Positions 25,781-34,809 of a stretch of 36,099 nt of DNA are shown piece by piece. A program made the translations under genes and the position numbers. Origin of the DNA: an uncultured Gemmatimonadaceae bacterium (GTDB lineage Bacteria > Gemmatimonadota > Gemmatimonadetes > Gemmatimonadales > GWC2-71-9); the NCBI GenBank assembly GCA_964627675.1, contig CAZVKD010000002.1, positions 4,207 to 40,305 of the forward strand. The letters are read 5' to 3'. Below the pieces are notes generated by a model. The model was given only the letters and a program-made list of their open reading frames with translations, made no database searches and was not told the DNA's origin. Every line of letters starts with the position of its first letter. The first letter of the stretch is position 1.

Positions 25781-25832
25781 CACGCCCTGTTTCCCGATGC
25801 CAGCGAGTAGGCCTAAGTGCAAGTAGCCACCG

Positions 25833-25861
25833 AAGCTAGCCGGCTTACGAGGGAGGGTCAA
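25833..25861 (-). promoter_or_regulatory. Candidate sigma70-type promoter for rplM-rpsI (TTGACC-17-TAGCTT)
   Basis: The minus strand reads cagggTTGACCctccctcgtaagccggcTAGCTTcggtgg. The -35 is at 25861..25856 and contains the TGA stop of the upstream biotinyl-protein gene. The -10 is at 25838..25833. The implied leader to the rplM ATG is about 46 nt. Confidence 0.55.
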
Positions 25862-26361
25862 CCCTGCGAGATAATCTCCACCAGCGGAGCGCCTTTCTCG
25901 ACCGCTGCGCCGGGTTCCACCAGGACGGCCTGTACTGTCCCGGCGCCGGGCGAGCGGATCTCGTTTTCCATTTTCATGGCCTCGAGCACCACCAGACCAG
26001 TGCCCTGTGCCACCCGATCGCCGTGGGCGACTTCGATGCGGAGCACCCGGCCGGGCATCGGCGCGCGAATCACACCGTGGGCCTCTGGGGGCCGGTGCCC
26101 CTCTGCAGCTGCGCGCACCGCCCGAGCGCGCTCGTCCAGCACGCCCATGGTAACGCGCTCGCCGCAAGACTCCACGATCCACCACTCGGGATCGCGTTTC
26201 AGCACGAAAGTCCGCACCGCGCGACTGGTTCGCAGGCAGACGAGCGGCGTACCCGGGATGTCTCGCAACTCGGCCTCAAACTCGTTTCCATTCAGCCGGA
26301 CGGTCGAACCCACGATCTCGACGTCGAAGGTTCGCTGCCCCGCGACGACCGTGTACTTCAT
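25858..26361 (-). CDS. Stand-alone biotin carboxyl carrier (biotinyl-domain) protein of an acyl-CoA carboxylase
   Basis: The C-terminal ~70 aa form a biotinyl/lipoyl domain with the biotinylation motif EAMKMENEI (GVIRAPMPGRVLRIEV..GD.V..G..LVVLEAMKMENEIRSP.AG.V). The N-terminal ~90 aa are beta-rich with no obvious family match by eye. The ATG at 26361 forms an ATGA overlap with the methyltransferase stop. Confidence 0.85.
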   Translation of the reverse strand: MKYTVVAGQRTFDVEIVGSTVRLNGNEFEAELRDIPGTPLVCLRTSRAVRTFVLKRDPEWWIVESCGERVTMGVLDERARAVRAAAEGHRPPEAHGVIRAPMPGRVLRIEVAHGDRVAQGTGLVVLEAMKMENEIRSPGAGTVQAVLVEPGAAVEKGAPLVEIISQG

Positions 26362-27569
26362 GTCGCCTGGAGCACGGCCAGCGTCTCCACGTGGGCCGTT
26401 TGCGGAAACAGGTCGTACGCCCGAATGTCCCGCAACGCAAACGACGGCATCCGCGCGAGGTCCCGGGCCAGCGTGGCCGGGTCGCAGGAGACATAGCACA
26501 GCCGCGCCGTCCCGCGGCGTCGCGCTCCCCAGCGCTCCAGTTGATCGGCGACCCGGCGGTGCAGCCCGGTTCGCGGAGGATTGACCACGACGGCGGCCGG
26601 CTCCGGCAGGCGGTGCAGCGTTTCTTCCACCAATCCCGCTACATGATTGATCGAGCCCGCCGCGCTGGCCTGCCGCACGGCCCAGGTCACGGCGGCGCGA
26701 TCTCGTTCCACGCTCCACACGCGGGCCCCCTGCTGAGCGAGCAGGCGCGCTGTATCTCCCACCCCGCCGTAGAGGTCCCAGACAACGCGCTCCGCTACGT
26801 CGCCGAGCGCCTGCACCGCGGCCTGCCGGATGCGCGAGGCCAGCGCGGGATTGACTTGCTCGAAGGCAAGGGCCGGAACCCCCGTCTGGGGACCCGCAAC
26901 GACCCGCGCCGCCCCGCCCCGCGGCCGCCACCACCACGAGAGCGCCCGACCCACCGACCGCTCAATCTCGGCCGGCCCGGTCCAGGGCGCCTCCGTGCCC
27001 TCCACCACCACGTGCAGCCCTCCCTCGCGATCCATGCGCAGGATGAGCCCGCCGGCCGGCGGCGGCGAATCCCGCAGAAGCGCCCAGAGCGCCATCAGCG
27101 GCTCCGCGGCGATGGCGCACCGCTCGAGCGCGAAGACGCTTGCATCGTCATAGGCGTGAAACCCCGCCCGCCCCTGGTGGATCGCGAGTCTGACGTTGGT
27201 GCGGTAGTGCCAGGCCTGCGGCGAGGGTTCCAGCGCCGGCTCCGCCTCCGCCCGGCCGCCGATCCTCCGTAACGCGTCTCGCACGAACCCGCGCTTGGCC
27301 TCCTGTTGCGTCTCGATCGAGACGTGCTGCAGCTGACAGCCCCCGCAGCGATCCCGCACGTAGTGATGGCATGGAGGCGCCACCCGCCCAGGGCCCTCGG
27401 TGATCACGCGCCGAAGCCGCCCCCGCCCGAAGCGCCGCCCGCGCTGGATCACGTCTATCTCCACCTGATCCCCGGGCGCCGTGCGCGGAACGAAAACGAC
27501 CATGCCATCGGCCAGCCGTGCCACGCCGTCTCCTCCGGCCACCAGTCGCTCGATGGTTACCGTGGCCAC
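26358..27569 (-). CDS. TRAM-domain, Fe-S cluster-containing RNA (uracil-5-)-methyltransferase, RlmD/RumA/TrmA family
   Basis: The TRAM-like N-terminus is [37 protein letters not shown] Cys cluster (CHHYVRDRCGGCQLQH) and the SAM-MTase motifs DLYGGVGD, VVVNPPRTG, YVSCDPATLARD and DLFPQTAHVE follow. I prefer the GTG at 27569, which overlaps the biotin carboxylase 3' end by 13 nt. The ORF-track 537-aa call is over-extended. Confidence 0.85.
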   Translation of the reverse strand: MATVTIERLVAGGDGVARLADGMVVFVPRTAPGDQVEIDVIQRGRRFGRGRLRRVITEGPGRVAPPCHHYVRDRCGGCQLQHVSIETQQEAKRGFVRDALRRIGGRAEAEPALEPSPQAWHYRTNVRLAIHQGRAGFHAYDDASVFALERCAIAAEPLMALWALLRDSPPPAGGLILRMDREGGLHVVVEGTEAPWTGPAEIERSVGRALSWWWRPRGGAARVVAGPQTGVPALAFEQVNPALASRIRQAAVQALGDVAERVVWDLYGGVGDTARLLAQQGARVWSVERDRAAVTWAVRQASAAGSINHVAGLVEETLHRLPEPAAVVVNPPRTGLHRRVADQLERWGARRRGTARLCYVSCDPATLARDLARMPSFALRDIRAYDLFPQTAHVETLAVLQAT

Positions 27570-29074
27570 CGCAGCGCTCCGAGCCGGGCGCTCCTCAGCC
27601 AGGCCGACGCCCCACCGGGGCTTGCGGCGCCGTGCGATTCGGTCGGGACGCGCCGGCGCTGGTGTTCGGCCAACGCGGCCGCGATCGCCATCAGTTCCAC
27701 CTCCGCCGGTTCGGGCTCGTGGCGGAGCAGGTCCGGGCCGACCTCGTCCATATAGCCGATGTGATACCGCCCGGACCGAAAGACCGGATCGGCCATGACG
27801 CGGCGATGGAACGGCTGCGAGGTGGCGACGCCCCCGATCACCAGCTCGTCGAGTGCCCGCGCCATGCGCTGGATGGCCCGCGCCCGATCCTCCGCCCAGA
27901 CGATCAGCTTGGCGAGGAGCGGATCGTAGTAGAGGCCGATGTCGGTGCCGATCTCGATCCCGCCGTCCCATCGAACGCCGGGCCCACCCGGCACCCGCAG
28001 ATACTCCACGCGCCCGGTGGACGGCAGGAAATCATTGGCCGTGTCTTCGCTGGTAATCCGGCACTCGATGGCGTGACCGCGCGGCGTCAGGGACTGCGGC
28101 CCGACCGACAGCGGCCGTCCCGCCGCGATCCGCAATTGCTCGCGGACCAGGTCCACCCCATAAACCAGCTCGGTGACGGGGTGCTCGACCTGGATGCGGG
28201 TATTCATCTCGAGGAAGTAGAACTGCCCGTCCGGGGCCACCAGGAACTCCACGGTGCCCGCGCCGACGTATCCCACCGCCTGCGCTGCCCGCACCGCGGC
28301 TTCGCCCATGCGCCGTCGAAGCTCGGCATCCACGCCCGAAGACGGCGCCTCCTCGATGAGCTTCTGGTGGCGGCGCTGCACCGAGCATTCCCGCTCGCCG
28401 AGGTGCGTCGTCGCCCCCTGCTGATCGGCGATCACCTGGATCTCGATGTGGCGAGGACGCTCGAGCAGCCGCTCGACGTACAGCGCGCCATCGCCGAACG
28501 CCGAGCGGGCTTCGGAGGCGGCCTGACGGAACGCCGAGCGCAGCGAGGCCGGATCGTCGGCCCGGCGCATCCCCTTCCCGCCTCCGCCCGCGGCGGCTTT
28601 GAGCATCACCGGGTAGCCGACGCGCTGCGCCGCGTCGAGCGCCTGGTCCGCGTCGGGCGTCGGCACCGTGGTCCCCGGAATGATGGGAACGCCGGCGTGG
28701 GCCATGCGGCGGCGCGCCTCGGTCTTCTCGCCCATGGCCTCGATGGCGCCGGCCGGGGGCCCGACGAAGATGAGCCCGGCGTCTGCCACCGCCCGGGCGA
28801 AATGAGCCCGCTCGGCCAGGAATCCGTAGCCCGGATGCACCGCGTCCGCTCCGGTCTCGTGGGCGGCGCGAATCAGACGCTCAACGTTGAGATACGACTC
28901 CGTGGCCGGCGCGGGACCGATCTCGACCGCGTAGTCGGCGGCGCGGACGTGCGGGCTGCCGGCGTCCACCTCCGAGTACACGGCGACGGCTTCCAGACCC
29001 TCCTCGTGACAGGCGCGAATGATACGGACGGCGATCTCGCCGCGGTTGGCAATGAGGACGCGGCGCACGGTCAC
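27557..29074 (-). CDS. accC: Biotin carboxylase subunit (BC only, no fused BCCP) of an acyl-CoA carboxylase
   Basis: The sequence [19 protein letters not shown]...VAVYS..D....HV..AD.AV.IG......SYLN...GYGFLAE...[16 protein letters not shown]....[15 protein letters not shown]...GAGTVEF......[18 protein letters not shown] is diagnostic. After the ATP-grasp core there is a ~55-aa tail. The GTG start forms a GTGA overlap with the pccB stop. Confidence 0.93.
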   Translation of the reverse strand: MTVRRVLIANRGEIAVRIIRACHEEGLEAVAVYSEVDAGSPHVRAADYAVEIGPAPATESYLNVERLIRAAHETGADAVHPGYGFLAERAHFARAVADAGLIFVGPPAGAIEAMGEKTEARRRMAHAGVPIIPGTTVPTPDADQALDAAQRVGYPVMLKAAAGGGGKGMRRADDPASLRSAFRQAASEARSAFGDGALYVERLLERPRHIEIQVIADQQGATTHLGERECSVQRRHQKLIEEAPSSGVDAELRRRMGEAAVRAAQAVGYVGAGTVEFLVAPDGQFYFLEMNTRIQVEHPVTELVYGVDLVREQLRIAAGRPLSVGPQSLTPRGHAIECRITSEDTANDFLPSTGRVEYLRVPGGPGVRWDGGIEIGTDIGLYYDPLLAKLIVWAEDRARAIQRMARALDELVIGGVATSQPFHRRVMADPVFRSGRYHIGYMDEVGPDLLRHEPEPAEVELMAIAAALAEHQRRRVPTESHGAASPGGASAWLRSARLGALRWPR

Positions 29075-30624
29075 AACGGGATATTCCCGTGCTTCTTCGG
29101 CGGATTGGCATCGCGCTTGGCGAGCAGGCTCTTGAGCGCAGAGACGAGCTGGGGCCGCGTGTCGCGCGGGTCAATCACGTCATCCAGGTAGCCGCGCGCC
29201 GCCGCGTGATACGGATGCGCAAACTTCTCCCGATACTCGGCCACGAGTTCCTCCAGGCGGCGCTCCTTGTCCTCGGCGGCCGCGATTTCCCGCCGGAACA
29301 GAATCTCCGCCGCGCCCTTCGGTCCCATGACCGCGATCTCCGCCGTAGGCCAGGCCAGGTTGTAGTCCCCGCGGATGTGCTTGGAGCTCATCACGTCGTA
29401 CGCCCCGCCGTACGCCTTGCGGGTGATGACCGTGAGCTTAGGCACGGTCGCTTCGGCGAAGGCAAAGAGCAGCTTGGCGCCGTGCTTGATAATCCCACCG
29501 TGCTCCTGATCCACGCCGGGTAAGAAGCCGGGGACGTCCTCGAAGGTGACCAGCGGGATGTTGAACGCGTCGCAGAAACGAATGAACCGAGCCCCTTTCA
29601 TCGAGGCCTTGATGTCCAGCACGCCTGCCAGTACGGTGGGCTGATTGGCGACGACGCCCACGGGGTGACCGGCCAGCCGCGCGAACCCGACGATCAGATT
29701 CGTTCCGTAATCCCGGTGCACTTCGAGCAGGTCGCCGTCGTCCACCACGCGCCGGATCACCTCGTGCATGTCGTAGGGCTTGTTGGGGTTCTCGGGCACC
29801 AGTTCCAGCAACTCGGGATCCCGGCGATCGGCGGGGTCTGCAGCCCCGGCGGGCGGCTTCAGGGGCGGACTGTCGAGGTTGTTCGAGGGAATGAAGCTCA
29901 GCAGGCGACGGATCTCGGCAAGGCATTCGGCCTCGGAGTCGTGGACGAAGTGTGCCACCCCCGAAACGGAACCGTGCACGTCCGCGCCGCCGAGCTGCTC
30001 GGGCGTCACGTCCTCGTGCGTGACCGTCTTCACCACGTTGGGCCCCGTGACGAACATGTACGACACTCCGCGCACCATGAACACGAAGTCGGTGATGGCC
30101 GGACTGTACACAGCCCCTCCGGCGCACGGCCCCAGGATCGCGCTGATCTGGGGAATGACGCCCGAGGCCAGCGTGTTGCGGAGGAAGATGTCCGCGTACC
30201 CGCCGAGCGACACCACTCCCTCCTGAATGCGCGCCCCTCCGGAATCGTTGAGGCCGATGATCGGCGCACCCACCCGCATGGCCGTGTCCATGAGCTTGCA
30301 GATCTTGCCCGCGTGGGCTTCGGCCAGCGAGCCACCGAACACCGTAAAATCCTGCGCGAACACGTACACCAGGCGGCCGTCAATCGTCCCATAGCCCGTG
30401 ACGACGCCGTCCCCCAGGACCCGCTGATCGGCCAGGCCGAAATCGGTGCTGCGATGGGTCACGAAGCGATCCTGCTCCACGAAGGAGCCGGGATCCACCA
30501 GCAACGCGATACGCTCACGGGCTGTCAGCTTGCCCTTTTCCCGTTGGGCGTTGATGCGGTCGGCTCCGCCACCCTGCTCCGATTGCTCGCGCAGCCGTTC
30601 GAGCTGCTCCAGTCGCTTGGTCAT
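29071..30624 (-). CDS. pccB: Acyl-CoA carboxylase carboxyltransferase subunit (propionyl-CoA carboxylase beta / 12S type)
   Basis: The sequence ...[28 protein letters not shown]......[38 protein letters not shown]...[20 protein letters not shown]....[15 protein letters not shown] is diagnostic. The ATG at 30624 gives 517 aa. Confidence 0.93.
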   Translation of the reverse strand: MTKRLEQLERLREQSEQGGGADRINAQREKGKLTARERIALLVDPGSFVEQDRFVTHRSTDFGLADQRVLGDGVVTGYGTIDGRLVYVFAQDFTVFGGSLAEAHAGKICKLMDTAMRVGAPIIGLNDSGGARIQEGVVSLGGYADIFLRNTLASGVIPQISAILGPCAGGAVYSPAITDFVFMVRGVSYMFVTGPNVVKTVTHEDVTPEQLGGADVHGSVSGVAHFVHDSEAECLAEIRRLLSFIPSNNLDSPPLKPPAGAADPADRRDPELLELVPENPNKPYDMHEVIRRVVDDGDLLEVHRDYGTNLIVGFARLAGHPVGVVANQPTVLAGVLDIKASMKGARFIRFCDAFNIPLVTFEDVPGFLPGVDQEHGGIIKHGAKLLFAFAEATVPKLTVITRKAYGGAYDVMSSKHIRGDYNLAWPTAEIAVMGPKGAAEILFRREIAAAEDKERRLEELVAEYREKFAHPYHAAARGYLDDVIDPRDTRPQLVSALKSLLAKRDANPPKKHGNIPL

Positions 30625-30649
30625 GGTTCGTTCAGGTCCGGGAAGGAAG

Positions 30650-30686
30650 AAAAACGCCGGTGAGCGCGATCGAGCGGCCACCGGCG
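30650..30686 (-). terminator. Rho-independent terminator downstream of rpsA
   Basis: The minus strand reads CGCCGGTG-GCCGCTCGATCGCGCT-CACCGGCG followed by TTTTTCTTCC. It has an 8-bp GC stem, extendable with inner pairs, and starts 22 nt after the rpsA stop. The T-run ends about 25 nt before the pccB ATG. Confidence 0.75.
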
Positions 30687-30708
30687 AATGGGCACGAACA
30701 CGCCCCGC

Positions 30709-32454
30709 TCACACGCCGCCGGGCTCCGGGGTCGTCTCCGAGGCCGGTATCACGCCGGGGTCCTGCGCCACCGCCTCTGCCGTGGGCTCCCGGGGGAACC
30801 CGGTGACGGCCAACAGGATGCGATGGTGGATGGGATCGACCTCCATCACCTTCAAATCCACCAGCTGGCCTTCCTTGACCGCCCGCTGAGGATCTTCCTC
30901 CGGCGCCAGGGCGATCTGGCTCTGGGGCACGAACCCTTCGATGTCGTTGCCGATGTCCACCACCAGCCCGTTGTCCTGAAACCGCGCCACGCGGCCCGAG
31001 ACATCCATCCCCACGGGGTAGGTCTCGCCGATCCGAAGCCACGGATCCTCGGTCGCTTGTTTCAAGCCCAGAGAGATCCGCTTGTTCTCGGCGTCAATGT
31101 TGAGGATCAGCACCTCGACCGTGTCGCCTTTCTTCACGACTTCCGAGGGATGTTGCACCCGCTTGGTCCAGGACATGTCCGAGATGTGCACCAAGCCGTC
31201 AATGCCGGGCTCGATTTCCACGAACGCGCCGAAGGACGTCAGATTGCGCACCTTCCCCGTGACGCGCGTTCCGACCGGATACTTCATGGGGAGCACCATC
31301 CAGGGATCCTGCTCGGTCTGCTTCATGCCGAGCGAGATCTTCTCCTCGGCCGGATCCACCTTGAGTACCACCGCCTCGATCGTCTCACCGATCGAGACGA
31401 CCTTGGAGGGGTGCCGCACGTTACGGGTCCAGCTCATCTCGGAGATGTGGACCAGCCCCTCGATGCCCGGTTCCAGCTCGACGAACGCCCCGTAGTTCGT
31501 GATGCTGACGACCTTGCCCTGCACCCTCGCCCCGACCGGGTACTTCTCCACGACGTTGTCCCACGGGTACGCCTGTAGCTGTTTCAGGCCGAGCGAGATC
31601 CGCTCCCGCTCCCAATCAATGTCCAGCACCTTCACGTCCAGTTCCTGGCCGAGCTGCACCACTTCGGACGGGTGCGAGACCCGCCCGTAGCTCATGTCGG
31701 TGATGTGCAGAAGGCCGTCCACGCCGCCCAGGTCAATGAACGCGCCGAAATCGGTGATGTTCTTCACGACGCCGCTGCGAACCTGACCGACGCCGAGCTC
31801 CTTCATCAGGTGCTCGCGCTTGTGCGCGCGCTCGGCCTCGAGAATCACCCGGCGCGAGACCACGATGTTGCGGCGCCGCTTGTTGAGCTTGATGATCTTG
31901 AACTGGTAGGTCTGACCCAGGAGTTCGTCCAGGTTCGGCACCCGGCGCAGCGCGATCTGGCTGCCGGGCAGGAAGGCATCCACGCCCATCAGGTCCACAA
32001 CCACGCCGCCTTTGATCTTTTTCACCAGCGTGCCCTGCACCGCCTCGTCCGCCTCGTACGCGTGCCGAATCCGCTCCCACACGCGCATGAAATCGGCCTT
32101 CTTCTTGGACAGCACGACGGCGCCGTCCTGGTTCTCCAGGTCCTCGAGGAAGACCTCCACCTCGTCCCCCGGCTTCACGCTCTTGGGGTCCTTGAACTCC
32201 TCGACCGGCACGGCGCCTTCCGACTTGAAGCCCACGTCCAGAATCACGTGGGTGTCGGTCACGCGCAGCACTTTCGATTTGACGATTTCGCCTTCCGCGA
32301 TGCTCTGGAGGGTGCCCTCGTAGAGCTTCATCATTTCTTCGTACTGTGCGTCGGAGTAACCCTCGTCGTACAAATCGGGGCGCACCCGGATGGGCGAAGC
32401 GGTGCCGCGGGATTCCTGCGGGAGGTCCGTCTGGTGCGAGGCTTCGGACGTCAT
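30709..32454 (-). CDS. rpsA: 30S ribosomal protein S1 (six S1 domains)
   Basis: There are repeated S1 OB-fold units (...G.V.....FGAF.DLGGVDGLLHI.DMS..RV.HPSEVV..G.......). The ATG at 32454 gives 581 aa. It sits in the conserved aroA-cmk-rpsA neighbourhood. Confidence 0.95.
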   Translation of the reverse strand: MTSEASHQTDLPQESRGTASPIRVRPDLYDEGYSDAQYEEMMKLYEGTLQSIAEGEIVKSKVLRVTDTHVILDVGFKSEGAVPVEEFKDPKSVKPGDEVEVFLEDLENQDGAVVLSKKKADFMRVWERIRHAYEADEAVQGTLVKKIKGGVVVDLMGVDAFLPGSQIALRRVPNLDELLGQTYQFKIIKLNKRRRNIVVSRRVILEAERAHKREHLMKELGVGQVRSGVVKNITDFGAFIDLGGVDGLLHITDMSYGRVSHPSEVVQLGQELDVKVLDIDWERERISLGLKQLQAYPWDNVVEKYPVGARVQGKVVSITNYGAFVELEPGIEGLVHISEMSWTRNVRHPSKVVSIGETIEAVVLKVDPAEEKISLGMKQTEQDPWMVLPMKYPVGTRVTGKVRNLTSFGAFVEIEPGIDGLVHISDMSWTKRVQHPSEVVKKGDTVEVLILNIDAENKRISLGLKQATEDPWLRIGETYPVGMDVSGRVARFQDNGLVVDIGNDIEGFVPQSQIALAPEEDPQRAVKEGQLVDLKVMEVDPIHHRILLAVTGFPREPTAEAVAQDPGVIPASETTPEPGGV

Positions 32455-32526
32455 GTGATCACATCCGCCGCTGGTGCGGGCTGAGCGTGAGAATGCCGGC
32501 CCCCCCATGGGATCGGCAAGCCTTGT

Positions 32527-32555
32527 AGGGTAGACGCGACAGCCGGGGGAGTCAA
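32527..32555 (-). promoter_or_regulatory. Candidate sigma70-type promoter for rpsA (TTGACT-17-TACCCT)
   Basis: The minus strand reads ttcgcTTGACTcccccggctgtcgcgtcTACCCTacaagg. The -35 at 32555..32550 embeds the cmk TGA stop. The -10 at 32532..32527 is weak (TAnnnT only). Confidence 0.4.
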
Positions 32556-33229
32556 GCGAAGGCGTGCCGGGCCAGGTCCACCACGCGGCTCACCTGCTCG
32601 TCGAACGAAAGGTCAGTCGTATCAATGACTTTGGCGTCCGGCGGAACTCGCAAGGGGGCGACCTCCCGTCCGGCGTCGGCTTCGTCCCGCCGAGTCAGCT
32701 CGACAGCCTGCCGGCGGACATCGGCGGGAGCCTGCGGCCTGTCTTCCTGCGCCAGCCGCCGGGCGGCCCGCGCCTCCGCGGAAGCCGTAAGAAACACCTT
32801 GAGCCCGGCGTTCGGGAAGACCGCGGTGCCGATGTCCCGCCCCTCCACCACGACGCCGGTCCCGGCTTGAGCGGCAGCCGCCCGCAATTGGTCGTTCACC
32901 CAATCCCGGATGGCGGGGCGCGCGGCAAACGCGGAAACCCGCGCCGTCACGCGCGCGTCGCGGATCGCCTGGCTCACATCCGCTCCCGCCACCTCCGGAC
33001 GGAAGCCGGTCTCCGTCCGGACCCAGCGGATGGGAAGCTGACGGGCCAGTGCCACGATGCGGGACTCCTGCTCGGGCGAGAGTCCCGCGTCCAGCGCGGC
33101 GAGCGCGATGGCGCGGTACAGGGCGCCGCTGTCGAGATGGACGAATCCGAGACGCCGGGCCACCTCGCGCGCCGTGGTGGTCTTGCCCGATCCAGCCGGG
33201 CCGTCAATCGCCACGACGCGCTCACGCAC
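32552..33229 (-). CDS. cmk: Cytidylate kinase
   Basis: The sequence VVAIDGPAGSGKTTTAREVARRLGF.HLDSGALYRA.....VVEGRDIGT.VFP.A..K.FL.AS.E.RA.RR is diagnostic. The GTG at 33229 overlaps the aroA 3' end by 8 nt. Confidence 0.93.
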   Translation of the reverse strand: MRERVVAIDGPAGSGKTTTAREVARRLGFVHLDSGALYRAIALAALDAGLSPEQESRIVALARQLPIRWVRTETGFRPEVAGADVSQAIRDARVTARVSAFAARPAIRDWVNDQLRAAAAQAGTGVVVEGRDIGTAVFPNAGLKVFLTASAEARAARRLAQEDRPQAPADVRRQAVELTRRDEADAGREVAPLRVPPDAKVIDTTDLSFDEQVSRVVDLARHAFA

Positions 33230-34541
33230 GAGACCGGATCTTGCCGAGGTCGTCGAAGAACGAGGGGTAGCTCACCGCGACCGAGGCACGCTCCGACAGG
33301 CGGACCCGCGCGCCGGGCAGGGCGCCGAGAACGCTGAAGGCCATCGCCAGGCGATGGTCTCCGGCGGTTTCCACTCGACCTCGTGGCGGCCGGTCCGTCC
33401 CGACCACCGTGAGCGTGTCCCCGGACGCCTCCGCGGCAACGCCGAGCGATCGGAGATTGGAGGCGAGCAGCTCGAGGCGGTTGCTTTCCTTCACTCGGAG
33501 CTCGGCGACCCCGCGGAAGACGGACTCCCCCTGGGCTCGACTCGCGATCACGGCGAGGATCGGGATTTCGTCAATGAGCGAGGGCACTTCGTGCGGGACG
33601 ACGTCGCATGCCACGAGCGACGATGCCCGGACCGTGACGTCGGCCACCGGCTCACCCAGCGCCGAGCCGCGGGGCTCACTCTCCACCTTCGCCCCCATGC
33701 GCTGGAGCACCGCAACGACCCCCATTCGGGTGGGGTTCACACCGACGCCGCACACTCGGAGGGCGCCCCTCGCTCCGCCGGCGCCGATGACGGCCGCGCC
33801 GATCAGAAAGGCCGCTGACGACAAGTCGCCGGGGACCTCCACCCTGAACGCCGGAATGTGGTCCACGGGGCCGAGCGCCAACTGACCGCCGTCGTTCGCG
33901 AGGGGCACGCCGAGGGCGGCGAGCATGCGCTCGGTGTGGTCACGCGAGCGGCCGGGCTCTCGGAGGCGCACGCTCACCTGTCCCGTGAGCCCCGCCAGCA
34001 GCAACGCCGTCTTCACCTGGGCCGCGGCAACCGGCATGTCGTACGCCAGGGGCCGGAGCGGGCCACCATGCTCGATAAGGGGGAGGCCGTCGCCGCCTCG
34101 TTCCTCGAACCTGGCTCCCATCCGCGAGAGCGGCTCCGTCACCCGGCGCATGGGGCGCCGCCGGAGCGACGCGTCCCCCGTAATCCACGCGGGAAAGCGA
34201 TACGACGCGAGCGTGCCCAGCAGGAACCGGGCGGTCGTCCCGGAATTGCCGCAGTGGAGCGGCGCAGCCGATCGTCTCAGCCCGCGCAGGCCCCGTCCCC
34301 GCACGATCACGTCCCGACCGTGGCGCAGCGGGGAGATGGCCACGCCCAGTTGCCGCAGCACGCGGGCCATTGACCGGGCATCGAGCGACGTCAGGGCGCC
34401 GCGGATGCAGGACGCCCCGCTGGCCAGGGCCGCCAACAGGAGCGCGCGGTGCGTGATGCTCTTGTCGCCCGGCGGCCGGATCGCCACACGATCCTCGGCC
34501 CGGGCGGACCGGGCCATCGGCACGACTGCGGCTGACCGCAT
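33222..34541 (-). CDS. aroA: 3-phosphoshikimate 1-carboxyvinyltransferase (EPSP synthase)
   Basis: The sequence PPGDKSITHRALLLAALASG...L.S.D...M...L..LG....GNSGTTARFL......DHR.AMAF is diagnostic. Length is 439 aa. Confidence 0.92.
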   Translation of the reverse strand: MRSAAVVPMARSARAEDRVAIRPPGDKSITHRALLLAALASGASCIRGALTSLDARSMARVLRQLGVAISPLRHGRDVIVRGRGLRGLRRSAAPLHCGNSGTTARFLLGTLASYRFPAWITGDASLRRRPMRRVTEPLSRMGARFEERGGDGLPLIEHGGPLRPLAYDMPVAAAQVKTALLLAGLTGQVSVRLREPGRSRDHTERMLAALGVPLANDGGQLALGPVDHIPAFRVEVPGDLSSAAFLIGAAVIGAGGARGALRVCGVGVNPTRMGVVAVLQRMGAKVESEPRGSALGEPVADVTVRASSLVACDVVPHEVPSLIDEIPILAVIASRAQGESVFRGVAELRVKESNRLELLASNLRSLGVAAEASGDTLTVVGTDRPPRGRVETAGDHRLAMAFSVLGALPGARVRLSERASVAVSYPSFFDDLGKIRSRA

Positions 34542-34792
34542 CAGTAGGCGAGCAACATGCCGGCCGCCGTCACCAGCAGTGCCCCGACGGCGTAGGGGGT
34601 GAGGCGCTCGCGCGCCCGGAGAGCCGAGAGCGCCACGCCGGCGAGCGCGGCGAGGGGAGCCGCCATCATCAGCCCCGCGCCGGCCGCCACAAACTCGCCC
34701 CGCCCCAGGCCCATCCCCACCAGAACTGCCAGCACCGCCAGCGCTCCCATAATCAAGAGCAGCTGTCCGGCGCGTTCTTCATGGTGTCGCAT
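34541..34792 (-). CDS. Small (83-aa) hydrophobic membrane protein, possibly the DUF1634-type partner often found next to TauE/TSUP genes
   Basis: MRHHEERAGQLLLIMGALAVLAVLVGMGLG...AAPLAALAGVALSAL...YAVGALLVTAAGMLLAY has 2-3 predicted TM segments. The ATG at 34792 is preceded by GGGAGGG. Its TGA shares one base with the aroA ATG (TGATG). The family assignment is from context only. Confidence 0.5.
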   Translation of the reverse strand: MRHHEERAGQLLLIMGALAVLAVLVGMGLGRGEFVAAGAGLMMAAPLAALAGVALSALRARERLTPYAVGALLVTAAGMLLAY

Positions 34793-34809
34793 AGCGCCCT
34801 CCCTGGATC

